Origin: Lama glama
Lineage: Eukaryota
Assembly: GCA_028534125.1 (NCBI GenBank)
Contig: CM052816.1
Location: forward strand, 15,936,001-16,000,000
DNA length: 64,000 bases
Direction: 5' to 3'
The notes beneath the pieces are model-generated. The model saw nothing but the letters and a program-made list of their open reading frames with translations, was not told the DNA's origin and searched no databases. Each line of letters starts with the position of its first letter. Within the stretch, counting starts at the first letter, position 1. Positions 35,033 through 46,700 of the stretch are shown here, one piece after another. The translations under genes and the position numbers were made by a program.

Positions 35033-37269
35033 AGACTCAATTGTCACTCTCTGTGGGTTTGAGCACTGATGTACACATGGGCTTATACACCAGTGGAGTG
35101 GAGGTCTTTGTGGGACTTCCCCATGTGTACAAGTGGAGTGTGTGCGATACACATTGTGGATGTCTGCGTATGACCAAATGTGTGCGTGTGTACAAGTATA
35201 GTGGTTTACATGGTGGCTGGATGTTTGTGGGATCTTCTGGCCTGTGAAGATGTACGCCACATGTACGCCAGTGTGTATGCACATGTGAGTGAGCTCACTG
35301 TGAATTTTATCCAAGCCTGAGGGGTTCTGGGATGTGAGTCTGGGGCCCACCTGGGATGGGGATGGTGCAGGCAGGAACTGATGCCAGGTTTTGGGGCCCC
35401 TATGGAAACAGGAAGCCCATAGGTACACTTGGGCTGTGGTGAAGGCTCAGCTCCGCCCAGGTTCAGTTTGTGCCCCTGAGAAACCAATCCAGGATTCCGC
35501 TAGCCAAGAACCTGTCCCAACCACGAGGGAGGCACCTGCCTTCTCTGCTGTTCAAGACCCAACAGCTCTGGCCAGCATCTACCCTCCTGCCTGGCCTGGG
35601 CGTGGAAAAAACTGGAAAACAAAAGCCCCCAGACCACAGGCCCTCCCTGCAGAGGTGTGGGGGAGGCAAGCAAGAGGCAGGAGGCTGAGGAGGGAGGGAA
35701 GTGTCGCCGCAGCCCCGGAACACAAAAATAATGAGGCGAGAGGGGCCATGGGGCCGAGCCGGCTGGTTCCGGAGTCGCTATCTGACCTTGACAGATGCCA
35801 CAGCTGGGCGCCTGGAGAGGAGCCGCCGCCACAGTGCTGCAGAACACACCCCCCTCCCAGGCCTGGTCGATGGAGGTTCAGGCAGGCCCCAGCCACAGGC
35901 AGCCACCCCACCAGGTGGGAGAGGGAGCCCTCAGAGTGCATCCCAGTTAGGCAGTGGGGGTGGGATGGGAGGGTGTGAGGCAAGAGAGTGGGGTCAGGAC
36001 TACTGCAGGGCATGGGAGGCAGCAATGGGGTCTCCTGAGGGCAACCTGGCTCTCAGGTGTGGCAACGTGTGTGAGAAACACACAGAGCGTGCTATTGTGC
36101 TTGTGGAGCTGTGACGCTGAGTGTGTGGTAAGAGAAGCAAAGTGTGAGTATGGGTGTGACAGAGACAAAGATCAGACTTGTGTGTGTGTGTCCTTGGGGT
36201 CACTGATTACTCCCCTGCCCCCTTTCAGAGCCACAGTTGTCCTGGCGGGCGCAAGCCACAAGCTCCCCCAACCCAACCAAGTTCGGTCACTTGGAGATGG
36301 AGGAGAGGTGCCCTTGTGGCCCTCCCTGGCCTCCCCTCTCTGCCACTGTGGTGGTGGTCTCAGGCACAGCAATGGGTGCCAGGCTGGGCATCACCACTGT
36401 GGGGACACTAGTGAGGGGTTGGGGTGTGAGCTGCAGGAGGGGATGCTGGGCTGGAGGCGGATTAGCAATTCCGAGCACTGGCTGCATAATTAAAAAATCA
36501 TTACGGCAGGCGGGCAGAGCTGAGTGTGAGCTCACGCTCAGAGCGGGTGGGGACACTGCCATGGCGCTCCCCCTCCCATCGCTTCCCTGAGGAAAAATCC
36601 CACCTGCTAATATAATTATGGAAAAACACAAGCACAGAAATTCGGTTTCAGCAAACAATGTGCCTGAGTGCCCACGGCCTGCCTGGCCCTCAGCACGGTG
36701 AGAGCCTGGTCACGGGTGCCCAGGGCTCCGGGCAGTGAGGCAGGCCCTGCTGGGTCCATACTCCAGACCCTGACATCCACCCCCTCAGCAGCCCCCAAGA
36801 GAGGGTGGGGGTAGGGACATGTAAAGCCCAGCTCCTCAGATCCCAAATCCAAGAGAAAGCTGGTCTATCCTGATAGTTTACAAGTGGGGAAACTGAGGCT
36901 AAGGAATCTGTATAAGGTCACCGTTTGTGGCAAAGCTGAGAGGAAAAGTGGGACCCCGCTGCATCAACGCAATACCTCAGGAATTCAGCCCCATCCCTTC
37001 CCCTGTATCCTTCCAGCTTCCCTGTCTCATCTGTCATCCCCCTAACCTCCTCCTCTCCTGCTGGGATGGGCAGCTATCTCTCTCAGACTGAACGGGATGC
37101 TCAAGGCAGCTATCCCCGCACCTCCCAGCAGGTACTCACGCATGGAATCCAAGGATTGCGGGGCGAGGGGACGACTAGCCTCTCAGTTCAGGGACAGGGT
37201 GTCCTGGGCTCATCTGGGTTAAGCTAGGCCAGCAGGGCTGGCTCCTGCCCCGAGAAAAGATGGCCAGCT

Positions 37270-37570
37270 CTGGGGCACAGGCCCCAGATCGGCAGGAACA
37301 GCCGCCATCACCTCGGGCCTGGAGCGGGCGGTGTGGGGAGGGGAGCCGGGCCTAATTAGTCGGCCTGGGACCCGGGCGGGCAGGCGCCGGGGCGGCAGAC
37401 GCAGCAGCCGGAGCGGCGCAGGCACGTCCGCGGCCGGGAGGCGGCGGGGAGCCGGGAGGCGGCGGCGCCCTGAGACCCGGTGGTACAGGCGGCCTGGGAA
37501 GGCCCGGGCCAAGGAGATTCCGCACCGAACAGGCCTGCCTCCTCTCATTCCTCGGTGCCACCAGGCGCAG
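37270..37570. promoter_or_regulatory. Small intronic CpG island, candidate alternative promoter
   Basis: Local CpG peak (GCCGGGCGGCAG-type sequence) just upstream, on the minus strand, of a GTGAGT donor at 37134-37139. Confidence 0.6.
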
Positions 37571-40500
37571 CAATTAGAGGCTTTCAAAGTTTGTCCTTAA
37601 TTGGTTTCATTTTTGCCTCATAAATGATTCATGGCCCTGGAGGTCTGGGAGGCAGAGGGAGTAGCAGGGGAAATTTGGGGAGGCTTCCACCTGGAGCCAG
37701 GCCCCCTACCTGTGGCTGGAGAGGGGGCTGCAGCCTTAGCCCAGTTGATGACAGAGCCTGCGGAAGCCTTGGGCAGGTGGGGTCCTCCAGCAAAAATAAA
37801 AACCCAGGCCTTCTCCTTGGGGCACTAATTAGGAACTGCAACTTCGCAGACCAGAGCTCTGCATCCAGGCCCAGAGCCACCTCAGCTGCTGGGGCCCTGG
37901 GAAGGTGAATAATAATGTAATGATAACAAAATAACTGTCAATAGTAATAATAAAGATGGTAACCCTTAAGAAGGAGTTCCTATTAAGTTTCAGGCATGGC
38001 GCTAAGAACATCTCTCTTAGCCACCCACCCTACATCCCCAAGCACTACCAGGAAGAGGCACCAGGATCCTCACTTTACAGATAAAGAAACTGAGTCTTAG
38101 AGAAATTAAGGTCTGCCCTCTGACACTTGGATGTCAGAATTCCTCACGCCCCAAGCTCAGAGCATGGGCCTCACGGCTGGACACCAGGACACTTCCTGCC
38201 AGGTTGAGTTAGGAGCTGCAGGTCCCAAGGAAGTCTGGGGAGGTCCTGAGGCCTGCAGAAGACCCAAGAGGGGACCAGTGGCCTGATACCCATCTGGGCC
38301 AGGTTACATCTGCCCCTCAAAAGGCTGTGTGACCCTGGCTGAGCAATGTCCTCCTAGGGCCTTCATTGGCCCATCTGCAAAACAGGAAAGCAGGAGCCCT
38401 ATGACCACCAGTCATGGGATCAGAGAGATGTCATGGACCCCACCCTCAGAGAGCTCCCAGGCTAGAGGGGAACATGGACTGACATACACACTGAAGGGTT
38501 TAATAGAATCTGTGCATAAAACACTGAACGCTCAGCCAGTGGCCTACTGGGGGGTGGTACCAGGAAGGGCTTCTTGGAGGTAAGGTGGGCAGAGGAAGCT
38601 TCTCCCCTTCAAGCCCATATCCCGTCCACTAGGATGCTCAGGGAATGTGTGTGGCCCATTTAAGCACAAGACTAGAGATCAGACCTTGAAGAAACCCAGA
38701 ATTACACACTACATCAGAGTGATATGGGATACAAAATGCCCAGCTCTGCCTGCCAATGACAGTCACTTTTATTCTGGACAGCTATGAGAGGTGAAGCCTA
38801 TACAATTAACCTCAGGGCCCCTTGGTCCTTGGGGACATCCTGGAGGTAAGGAAACACACTAAACAAATCCAGGAGTAGATGCTGTATGGACTGACTCCCC
38901 CTAGAGGCCCCAAGGCTCTGGGCCGCTTGCTGTTGGCTCTTGTGTCCTCCAGCTCCTGTCACAACCACATGCACCAGGTTCCCCTCCAACAATCTGGCCT
39001 TCTGAAGCCCTGGCACCTGAACCGTCCCATTGGCTCCCTCCTCTCCCACCCAGCAGGCCTCCAATAGGCAGTGCAGTAAGTCTGGTGCCAAAGCCAGATG
39101 CTTCAAGTGGTTATACTTAGAGCTCTGTGTCTCAACTACAGCCCTCTGAGTGGCGTATATGATCACCTGTTTCCCACATAAGGAAAATGAGGCTCAGAGA
39201 AGCTAAGGAACTCACCTGAGGCCACAGAGCTTAGGGACACCCAGGCCCAAACCTTTTGAAAGCCCATGTTCCTCACCTTGCTGGCCTCCTGTGGGTCAGT
39301 ATCCCTGATCTGTCCCAGGCCTGGCCACCTCTTGCCCCAGTCCTGACCCTTCCTCTCTCTAGACAGACTGTACCGAGTCCACATTCCTGCAGACACCAGA
39401 GCTTGGTCAGGCTGTTGTGGTCAGAAACTCTGCAGGGGAGCCCAGGAGGTAGTAAGGGGTCCCTACATACCCAAGGGATCCATAGGATATGGAGCCTCTT
39501 GCCTCAGCCCAGCTGGGTCATCCTGAGGAATGGGTGAGGGGGTGGAGGAAGTCCCTATATGCAAAGACAGGGTACAACAAATACCTGGGGAGGTAAAGGA
39601 GGAGGTACAACTGTGCGAGGATGGAAGGGGTTGGCCATGTTCTCTTGCCCCCTCTTTGGGGGACAGTCAACTTAAAGGCTCCTATCACCACCCTTGGGTG
39701 GGGGCTGCTTATGGAAGTGTCCATCCCTTGAGAAGAAGCCTAACTTTATATACCCTCTACTCCATCCTGCTGGAGAATATAGCTGAATGACCTACAGCAA
39801 GTCCAGCCTCTGAGCCTCAGTTGCTTCATCTGCACAACGAACCCAATAATGTCCCTCGAACACAAAGGAAAATAGGGAAATGGGAATAGGTTTAGACGTT
39901 TAGAGGTTCTTCTTGAGAAAAGGGATTCGGAAGAACTAGACAAAACATTCAGTGGTCTATGTTGGCTGGGGGCACTCAAGACACTGGGGCCAATGTATAG
40001 TAGAAGCTTGACAATGGCTTGTTGAACATATAGAAAAGTGGATGAGTTCTCAAGGTGCTGAGTTCATCTTAGCAGGTCCAGGTGACACACCCTTCCCAGG
40101 TATCCACTCTGAGCCAGGACACTGGTCTGCCCTTTGCCCTTCAGCCTTGTAGGGCTGCCCAGCCAGGTCACTGGGGTCTCTTTCCCCAGCCTGCCCAGAA
40201 AGCTGCATGTCTCAGGCGGGTCAGCACTGACGTCAGTAGGACCGGCTGGGCGTGGAGCCTGCCACCTCCGGAACCGCCAATTAATTAACTTTTTCAAATT
40301 AACTTCCCAAGCAAAATTCCATAATTACATCTGTCTCCATCAGCCTGAGCTGGGCAGGCAAGAAGACCCTGCAATGAGATGGAATGTGACCATACTGGCC
40401 TCAGGACCAGGTCAGAGAGGCACTAGGGGTTGGGTTTCACCCCAGCAGGGCAACTGTCTGGCATCCTTATGGATGCTGAATAGGAGGGGAGGGGATTGAG

Positions 40501-43500
40501 AAGCCAGAGCCCCCTCATCTAGGAGGTGGAGGGTTCAGGGAGACTCATACCTGCCTAGCTCATCCTGCTGCCCCCATCCCCCACCTTGTGTCCCCAAACC
40601 ACAGTGGGTCTTGGCAGGACCAAGTAGCAGCACAGGCACTGCGAGGCTGAGGAGGCTGCGGCTGTGGCGTTCTAATTTCCCAAAGGGGCTGAGATTAATT
40701 AGCTCACACACAGGCGCCGAGAGGAGAGTGGGAGCAGGGGTGGGCAGCGTCAGGCAAGGAGCTGGCTGGCGCTCCCCACTGCCTGCCCGGCAGGCAGTCA
40801 AGCGGCCTTGACAGCCTGGGTGCTCTGAAGGTCAGTGGCCAAGCTGGCTGAGCCAGCAGACTGGCACTGTCTCCTTCCCAGAATCCCTGAGACCAAGGTT
40901 GGGGGTTGGGGGGCAGCGACCAGGAGGACAGCTGGTGGGGGTGGGGCTCCACTGTCACCATCAATGATCCGAGTCTCTGCCAGGTGCTCTGTCCACACCA
41001 TCTTGTTTTATTCTCATGGGAGCCCAAAGGGGACAGCACCATGGTCTTCCCGTTTCACAGATAAGAACACTGAGGCTCAGAGCTGAATGGGTTAGTGATT
41101 GGCTAAAGTCACCCAAGTTGTGTATGATGGAGGTGAGACTAAAATTCAGGTGTTTGATTATGGGAGATAAGTAGGAGCCCCCCAGAAGCCCACCTTGCTA
41201 CCCCTGGATCCCATGCTGGCATGAGGTCTGGGGGACCTGGGGACCAACTACAGGGCATGTGAGTGTGTTGGTCTGACTGTGACTTACCTCTGCCTCATAA
41301 TATGCAGTGCAGACTCAGTCATTTTACAGATGTAGAAACTGAGACCAGAAAGGGGAAGTGACTTGCCACACAGCACAGGGCCCCAAACATAGATTCTGCT
41401 CCTCCATTTAAGGCCAGCCACCAACTTCTAGCAAATTAAACACGACTCTGACCTTTAGTGAGCCCTGACCCAGGGCCACGCTGTGCTTGGTGCCCTCTTT
41501 GGCTAACCAGCACACTGATCAGGGGGTAGGGATAGTCACTGTGGCTGTCCCTGTACACAGAAGAGGAAGGTATTTCCAGCTCAAGAGTACTTTCTTAACT
41601 ACTCCGTGCAGGGCTCCCCAGAGAGGGGAAAGGAGTCCCCAGGAAGGTGGAGTTGGAGTTGGGAAAGGTGTGTGACCCTGACCAGGCCCCTAGGCAGCTC
41701 CCTCAAGCTTAGCCATTGACTTTCCCAAAACTTCTCTGCAAGATCTCCCCAACCCTAAGGAGAAACAATCCGCTCCCTGGGGCACCCCAACTCCTCCCCT
41801 ACTCCCAGTGAATCACGTCCCTGCAGAAGCCAAAGCCAACAGGGCTCACCCTCCCCAGACTTAAAGGGTCAGCAATCCGAAGTCTCCTTGGGTCCAAGAT
41901 AACAGAGGGCCCCAGGACAGACATAGGGCTGGGTGTAGGTGGGGAGGGGACTGGCCCAACTAGGAGCATTACTCATGGTGTGTGATAATGGGTGATGGTA
42001 GGAGCCCCCCAGAAGCAAAGGTTCAGGCCATGAAAGGGTCCAAATGGGCAATGGCATCAGGGTTCCTCTCCTACTCTGCAGCCTCCAGCCTAGGTGATCT
42101 CAGACAAGCGGCTTGCACTTACTGAGCCCATTCCCTGGCCTGTAAAATGCCTGTGGTGACAGCCCCACCCCCACCAGGACGTATGCAAAGTTCTCAGTGC
42201 AGGGCCAGCATGCACAGACGCTCAGTAAATGAGAGCTGTGCTGTTATTTTTACTGTCATCGTCAGCCAGCACTAGAATGAGGGTCAAGGATAGCTCAAGC
42301 CAGGAGGGCTGGGTAACCTACGATGTGGCCCCAGTTCTGCCACTGTTTCCTTTGAGCCTCAGCCAATCCCTTATGCCTCAGTTTCCCCAGCCCCAAAAAG
42401 AGCATGCCCGCCCTGTCCTCTTACCTGCAGGAACATGGGGAGGTGAGCATATGGTAGGGGTCTGAAGGCTACAAGGAGGGCAGCACTCAGCTGTCGAGTC
42501 TTGTACTTCCTTTTCTGGCCACAGGAAGTACCTACCTACACTTCCTGCCAATCTTTCCTCCTGCTTCCCTGGCCCCCCTCACCCGGCCTACTCTATGTCA
42601 GTGCCTCTTCCATCTTCCACAGTCTCAATAAGCATTTTCACACAGGTGTGTTCTAAGCCCTTCCCCACCCTGCAAAGGCCACATTTGCCACCTGGAAGTC
42701 TCTGCTTGAATCTAACTTGTGGCCTTGCTGCCTGTTGGGGGGTAGGGGACAGTAAAAGTCTTGGAATCATGGTTGGTTCTCTCTGTTTCCACTCAAACTG
42801 TGAAGACCCCAAGAATGTCTGCCCATGGACCCTAGGTTCCTCTGCCCTAGGTCCAATCCATTCCCAACCCACCCCACTGTGGCCCCAAGCTCAGCTTCTT
42901 CACTCCCACACCCCAGCATTCCCATCTAAGAACAATCCAGGAGAAGGCCAATTCTAAGGCATTCTAATTAAGTAGTCCTTCTTGTGGGGTACCACTCTCA
43001 GGAAAATGTCAGCTTTGGGGGAGCAGACAGATGGAGGGGAGGGCTGGACTCACCTGGAGATCCAAGTGTGACATGGTGAGAACCACACCCCACTATCTAC
43101 TTCAGGTCCTGCAGCTTTAAGTCAGAGATAAGGGTCATATCCATTTTACAGGTGGCAAAAGTGAGGTCAGAGAGGTAGGCAGACTGGATTATAATTACAC
43201 AGCAGGCAGTGACCAAGCCAGATTTGGAGCCCAGGCCTGTCCAGCTCTAGAGTCCATGGCTCCAGAGTCCTAGTTCTCCTGACTGGCCGCTGCTGTTTGT
43301 TTTCCCCCAGGATGCCTGGGCCCCTCTCCTCTCCCCAACCACTGCCCAGGCCTTTATGTGGGGAGACTTCTGTGGCTAGGAGGTGGGACCCAGCCTGGGC
43401 CTAAGTCTTTACAGCAGCCTGCTTCTTGACCCCTGCTAGAGTGGCTCAATCCTGTGGGCCCAGAGTGATCTGTAGTCTGGGTTTTAGGCGACTGTGTCCA

Positions 43501-43708
43501 AAGCCCTTCATAACCATGAAGCCATCCCTATCAAACTCAACCCTCTCATCTGAAAAACAGTGTATTTGTCAGTATATGAAAAATAGGTATGCCCCCAGTT
43601 CTGCCCACTCCAGGGGAGGCAGGCCCCAGCCCCAATGGGCAGAAGCATAGAAGCTCCCTGAGGGCACCCTTCTAACCCAGCAGCCCAGCCCTTCCTTGTA
43701 CTCAGGCT

Positions 43709-43756
43709 AGCTCTGTACCCATTCTGCAGGCCAGCTCTGTACCCATTCTGCAGGCC
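43709..43756. repeat. Perfect 24-bp tandem duplication
   Basis: AGCTCTGTACCCATTCTGCAGGCC twice. Confidence 0.95.
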
Positions 43757-46700
43757 AAGGACTAAGAATCAGGGGCTATGTTTTAATTCTAAGTCTCAGG
43801 GTGCTTGCTCCAAGGCAGAGGGGATAATAGGAGCTTGGGAACCAAGAGGACAGAGGGAAGTGGCTGCAGGGGGAGCAGGGAGGGCAAGCAGACAGACTCC
43901 TGGAGCACAGCCATTAGATCAAGGGAGTCTCTTTCCTCCCCAGTCTCTGGCACCCCCAGTCTCCCAAGGACCCAGCCCCCTGAGTTGAGGGAGCAGCTGG
44001 CCACTTGGCACTCCTAGGAAAATCGATTTTCCGCGGCTTTCCTTCTCCAGCCTCTCCTCTTCCTAGCTACTCTGCATCTCTCCCCCATCGACCCCCAACC
44101 TGGAAAATGTCTCCCTTCCCATGCCCACCTTGCAGAATGCAGCTGACTCTACACAGCCGAGGGGTGGGCCTCCTTTGTGTGAGCCTATGCAGGGGGCACT
44201 GGGGTGAGCGGAGCCCCAACCACGTTGCAAGGGTGCGTGTGCTCATACCAGGTTCTGTGAGGTCAGGGCTCCTGGCCCAACTCTATGGCTCATCTGGGTG
44301 TGAGCTGTGGCCGGAGGACGGCTGCCTGAGCCTGTGACAGGATGGAGCAGACATACAACTGCCTTATTGGAGCCGTGTATGGGGTCCCAGGGGCACAGCA
44401 CGCCCACGTGTGACTGAGTATGTCCATTTGCCTATCCGTGTGCCAGTGTGTGTGTGTGTGCATGCGTGCACGCCAGAGGCTGGGGCTGTGAGTGTGACAG
44501 TGAGTGTGTTCCTGGCGGGGTCTGGGCCATGCGTGTCAGCTGGGAGTGTTGGTCGTGTGGAACGACGTGTACTGACTGACTGTCTGTCCCAAGTCTGTGC
44601 CTCTGGGTGTGCCGCGTGGGGAGTGCGTGAGTACGCTCTGCCTGCCAGGCCGCAGGGCCCCGTGGGGCTGCTGGGGATGGGGTGACTCACGTCTCCTGAG
44701 CTCATCCCGCCGCCAGCCCGCCCAGCTCACCCTGCTCTGCTGGGCTCATGGCCGCCAGCGCAAGAGGTGGGGGGTGGAGGGAAGGCGCGGGCAGACGCGG
44801 CAGGGAGGCCAGCTTGATAAATAACCTGCTGCTTCCCCAGGCCTCTCAGAAGGGGAGGCTGCATCATGGGAAGACGGGGTGGGGGGGAGCAGGGGCAGGC
44901 AGCCCTGGCCCCCGAGGCTCCGGCCACCTTGGCCCCCACAGCCAAGGCTGCGGCTCCGGTTCCTGTTTCATCGAAACCTGAGCTGGGAAAAGCCTATCGG
45001 GTCATCTTGCCTGTCCCGCCGGCCGCCAGGCCCAGGCAAGCTGCCCCTCAGGGGACAAGCCCGCAGCCTGGCCGTCCAGCCAGTGGGTGGGTGGGTGGGG
45101 GGAGGATATTTCTGTCCAGACTAAATGCAGCTCCAGGCCTCTGTCTGCCCCCCTACCAACAGCTGTTCCCAGGGGCCCCCTGGCTCTGCTGGACTGACTA
45201 AATATAATCCCCCCACCACAGCAAATCCCCAATGTTCACCTCTTCCCAATGACCCCCACCTACATGAGGAGAAGGCTGGGGAGCCCACTGTGTGACCCTG
45301 GGCCAGTGTATCCCCCTCTCTGGGCTCTTAGCAATGAAACATCAAGTATTACTCAGCTCTAGGCCCTGACCTGCCTAACAGGCACTATTGGAGAGAAGAC
45401 AATAAAGATGACTAAATTGGGGTCTTCGTCCAGGGAGACAGGGATTGAGGTCCCCTTCTCCAAAATGACAACCTGCTTCACAAAGAATGGCTGGGGGAAC
45501 TCCTCCCCAGTACCCCAAGTACCTTTAGGCTTATAAACATGGCCCCCTGCATCCTGCCTGTTCCTTGCCCAAGCTGGGCAATACCAGGCTCCTCCAATCT
45601 GCCCCAGCCGGGCCCTGGCCAGGAAACAAGTTGTGCCAGGCTTGGGGTGGGGGGGGGGAGGCGGGAGCATGACAGCTGCTATTTCCTGGAGGCCCCAGTT
45701 GGGCACAACCCGGATTCCTGCCTGTCTCCACACTCCACCAGACAGCCTCTCCCAGGATCTGGCCCTCAACAGGGCACCCCTTCCCCATTGTCAGCCAGGG
45801 TCCCACAGGGTCCCATCAGCCACTCTCCTCCTGAACTGGTACAGGGAGGAAGCTGGATGCACCTTCCGGTCAGGGCTGGGGAGAATGATGGTCTCTGCAG
45901 GGTTCAACAAGCGGGTGAGGCAGCTCCAGCTTCCCTCCTCCTGCCTGCCTGCCCACCCGGCTGCTTCCCCCAGCCCCACACGCACCAAATTCCCCACATG
46001 CCTGTCTGTCTCTGACAGCTCGAGCAAATACTTGGCTGCACGGGCACCCGCTGTTCTGAGCCCGCTGCGCCTCCTCCCCTGCCTTCCCCGGGGGGCTCTG
46101 CAGACGCAGCCAGGGATGGGAGGGGGGCCAGAGCCAAGAAGCTTGGTGGGCAGTGGGGGGAGCAAAGGCAGGAGGAACCAGTCTCAATTCCGAAGCACCA
46201 ACCCCGGCTCCCAGGCCTGGGGGACTGAGGGACCTGGGAGGTCACTGTGAGCAAGTCCTGGCTGGGCAGCAGCTGCCGACACCCCCGCTGCCCCCCGGAA
46301 CCTCCCAGGAGGGCCTTCCGGAGGCCTCCCACTCGCCTCAGCCGATGAAACAGCATCTGCCACCCCCGCGGCAGCAGCTCAGGACAGGGCGGAGGGCACC
46401 ACGAAGTCCTTGGGGAAGGCTTTGAAATCTGGACTATGGCCCAGCCCCTCCTGGCAGCCCTGGCCCCCTATCACAGGCCTAGCCTCAGAGCATGGTGGTG
46501 GTGGTGGGGTGTTCCAGCCCTCCTGCAGTGTGAGGGACACACCCGCCCAGCTGTCAGGCCTGGGACATCTCCCCTAGATAGCTGGTGGGGGCCTTGTTTG
46601 CCCCCAACTACCCTCCTTCCTGCTTGCCTCGCCTGCCTCCCAGGAGACCAGTCGAGGAAACACTTCCTGAGAACAGCTGGGATTTTCCGCTGGACACTGC

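Noticed and set aside
45539..46356. Cluster of 105-205 aa ORFs in intron 1
   Set aside because: Same compositional explanation; no coding signature.
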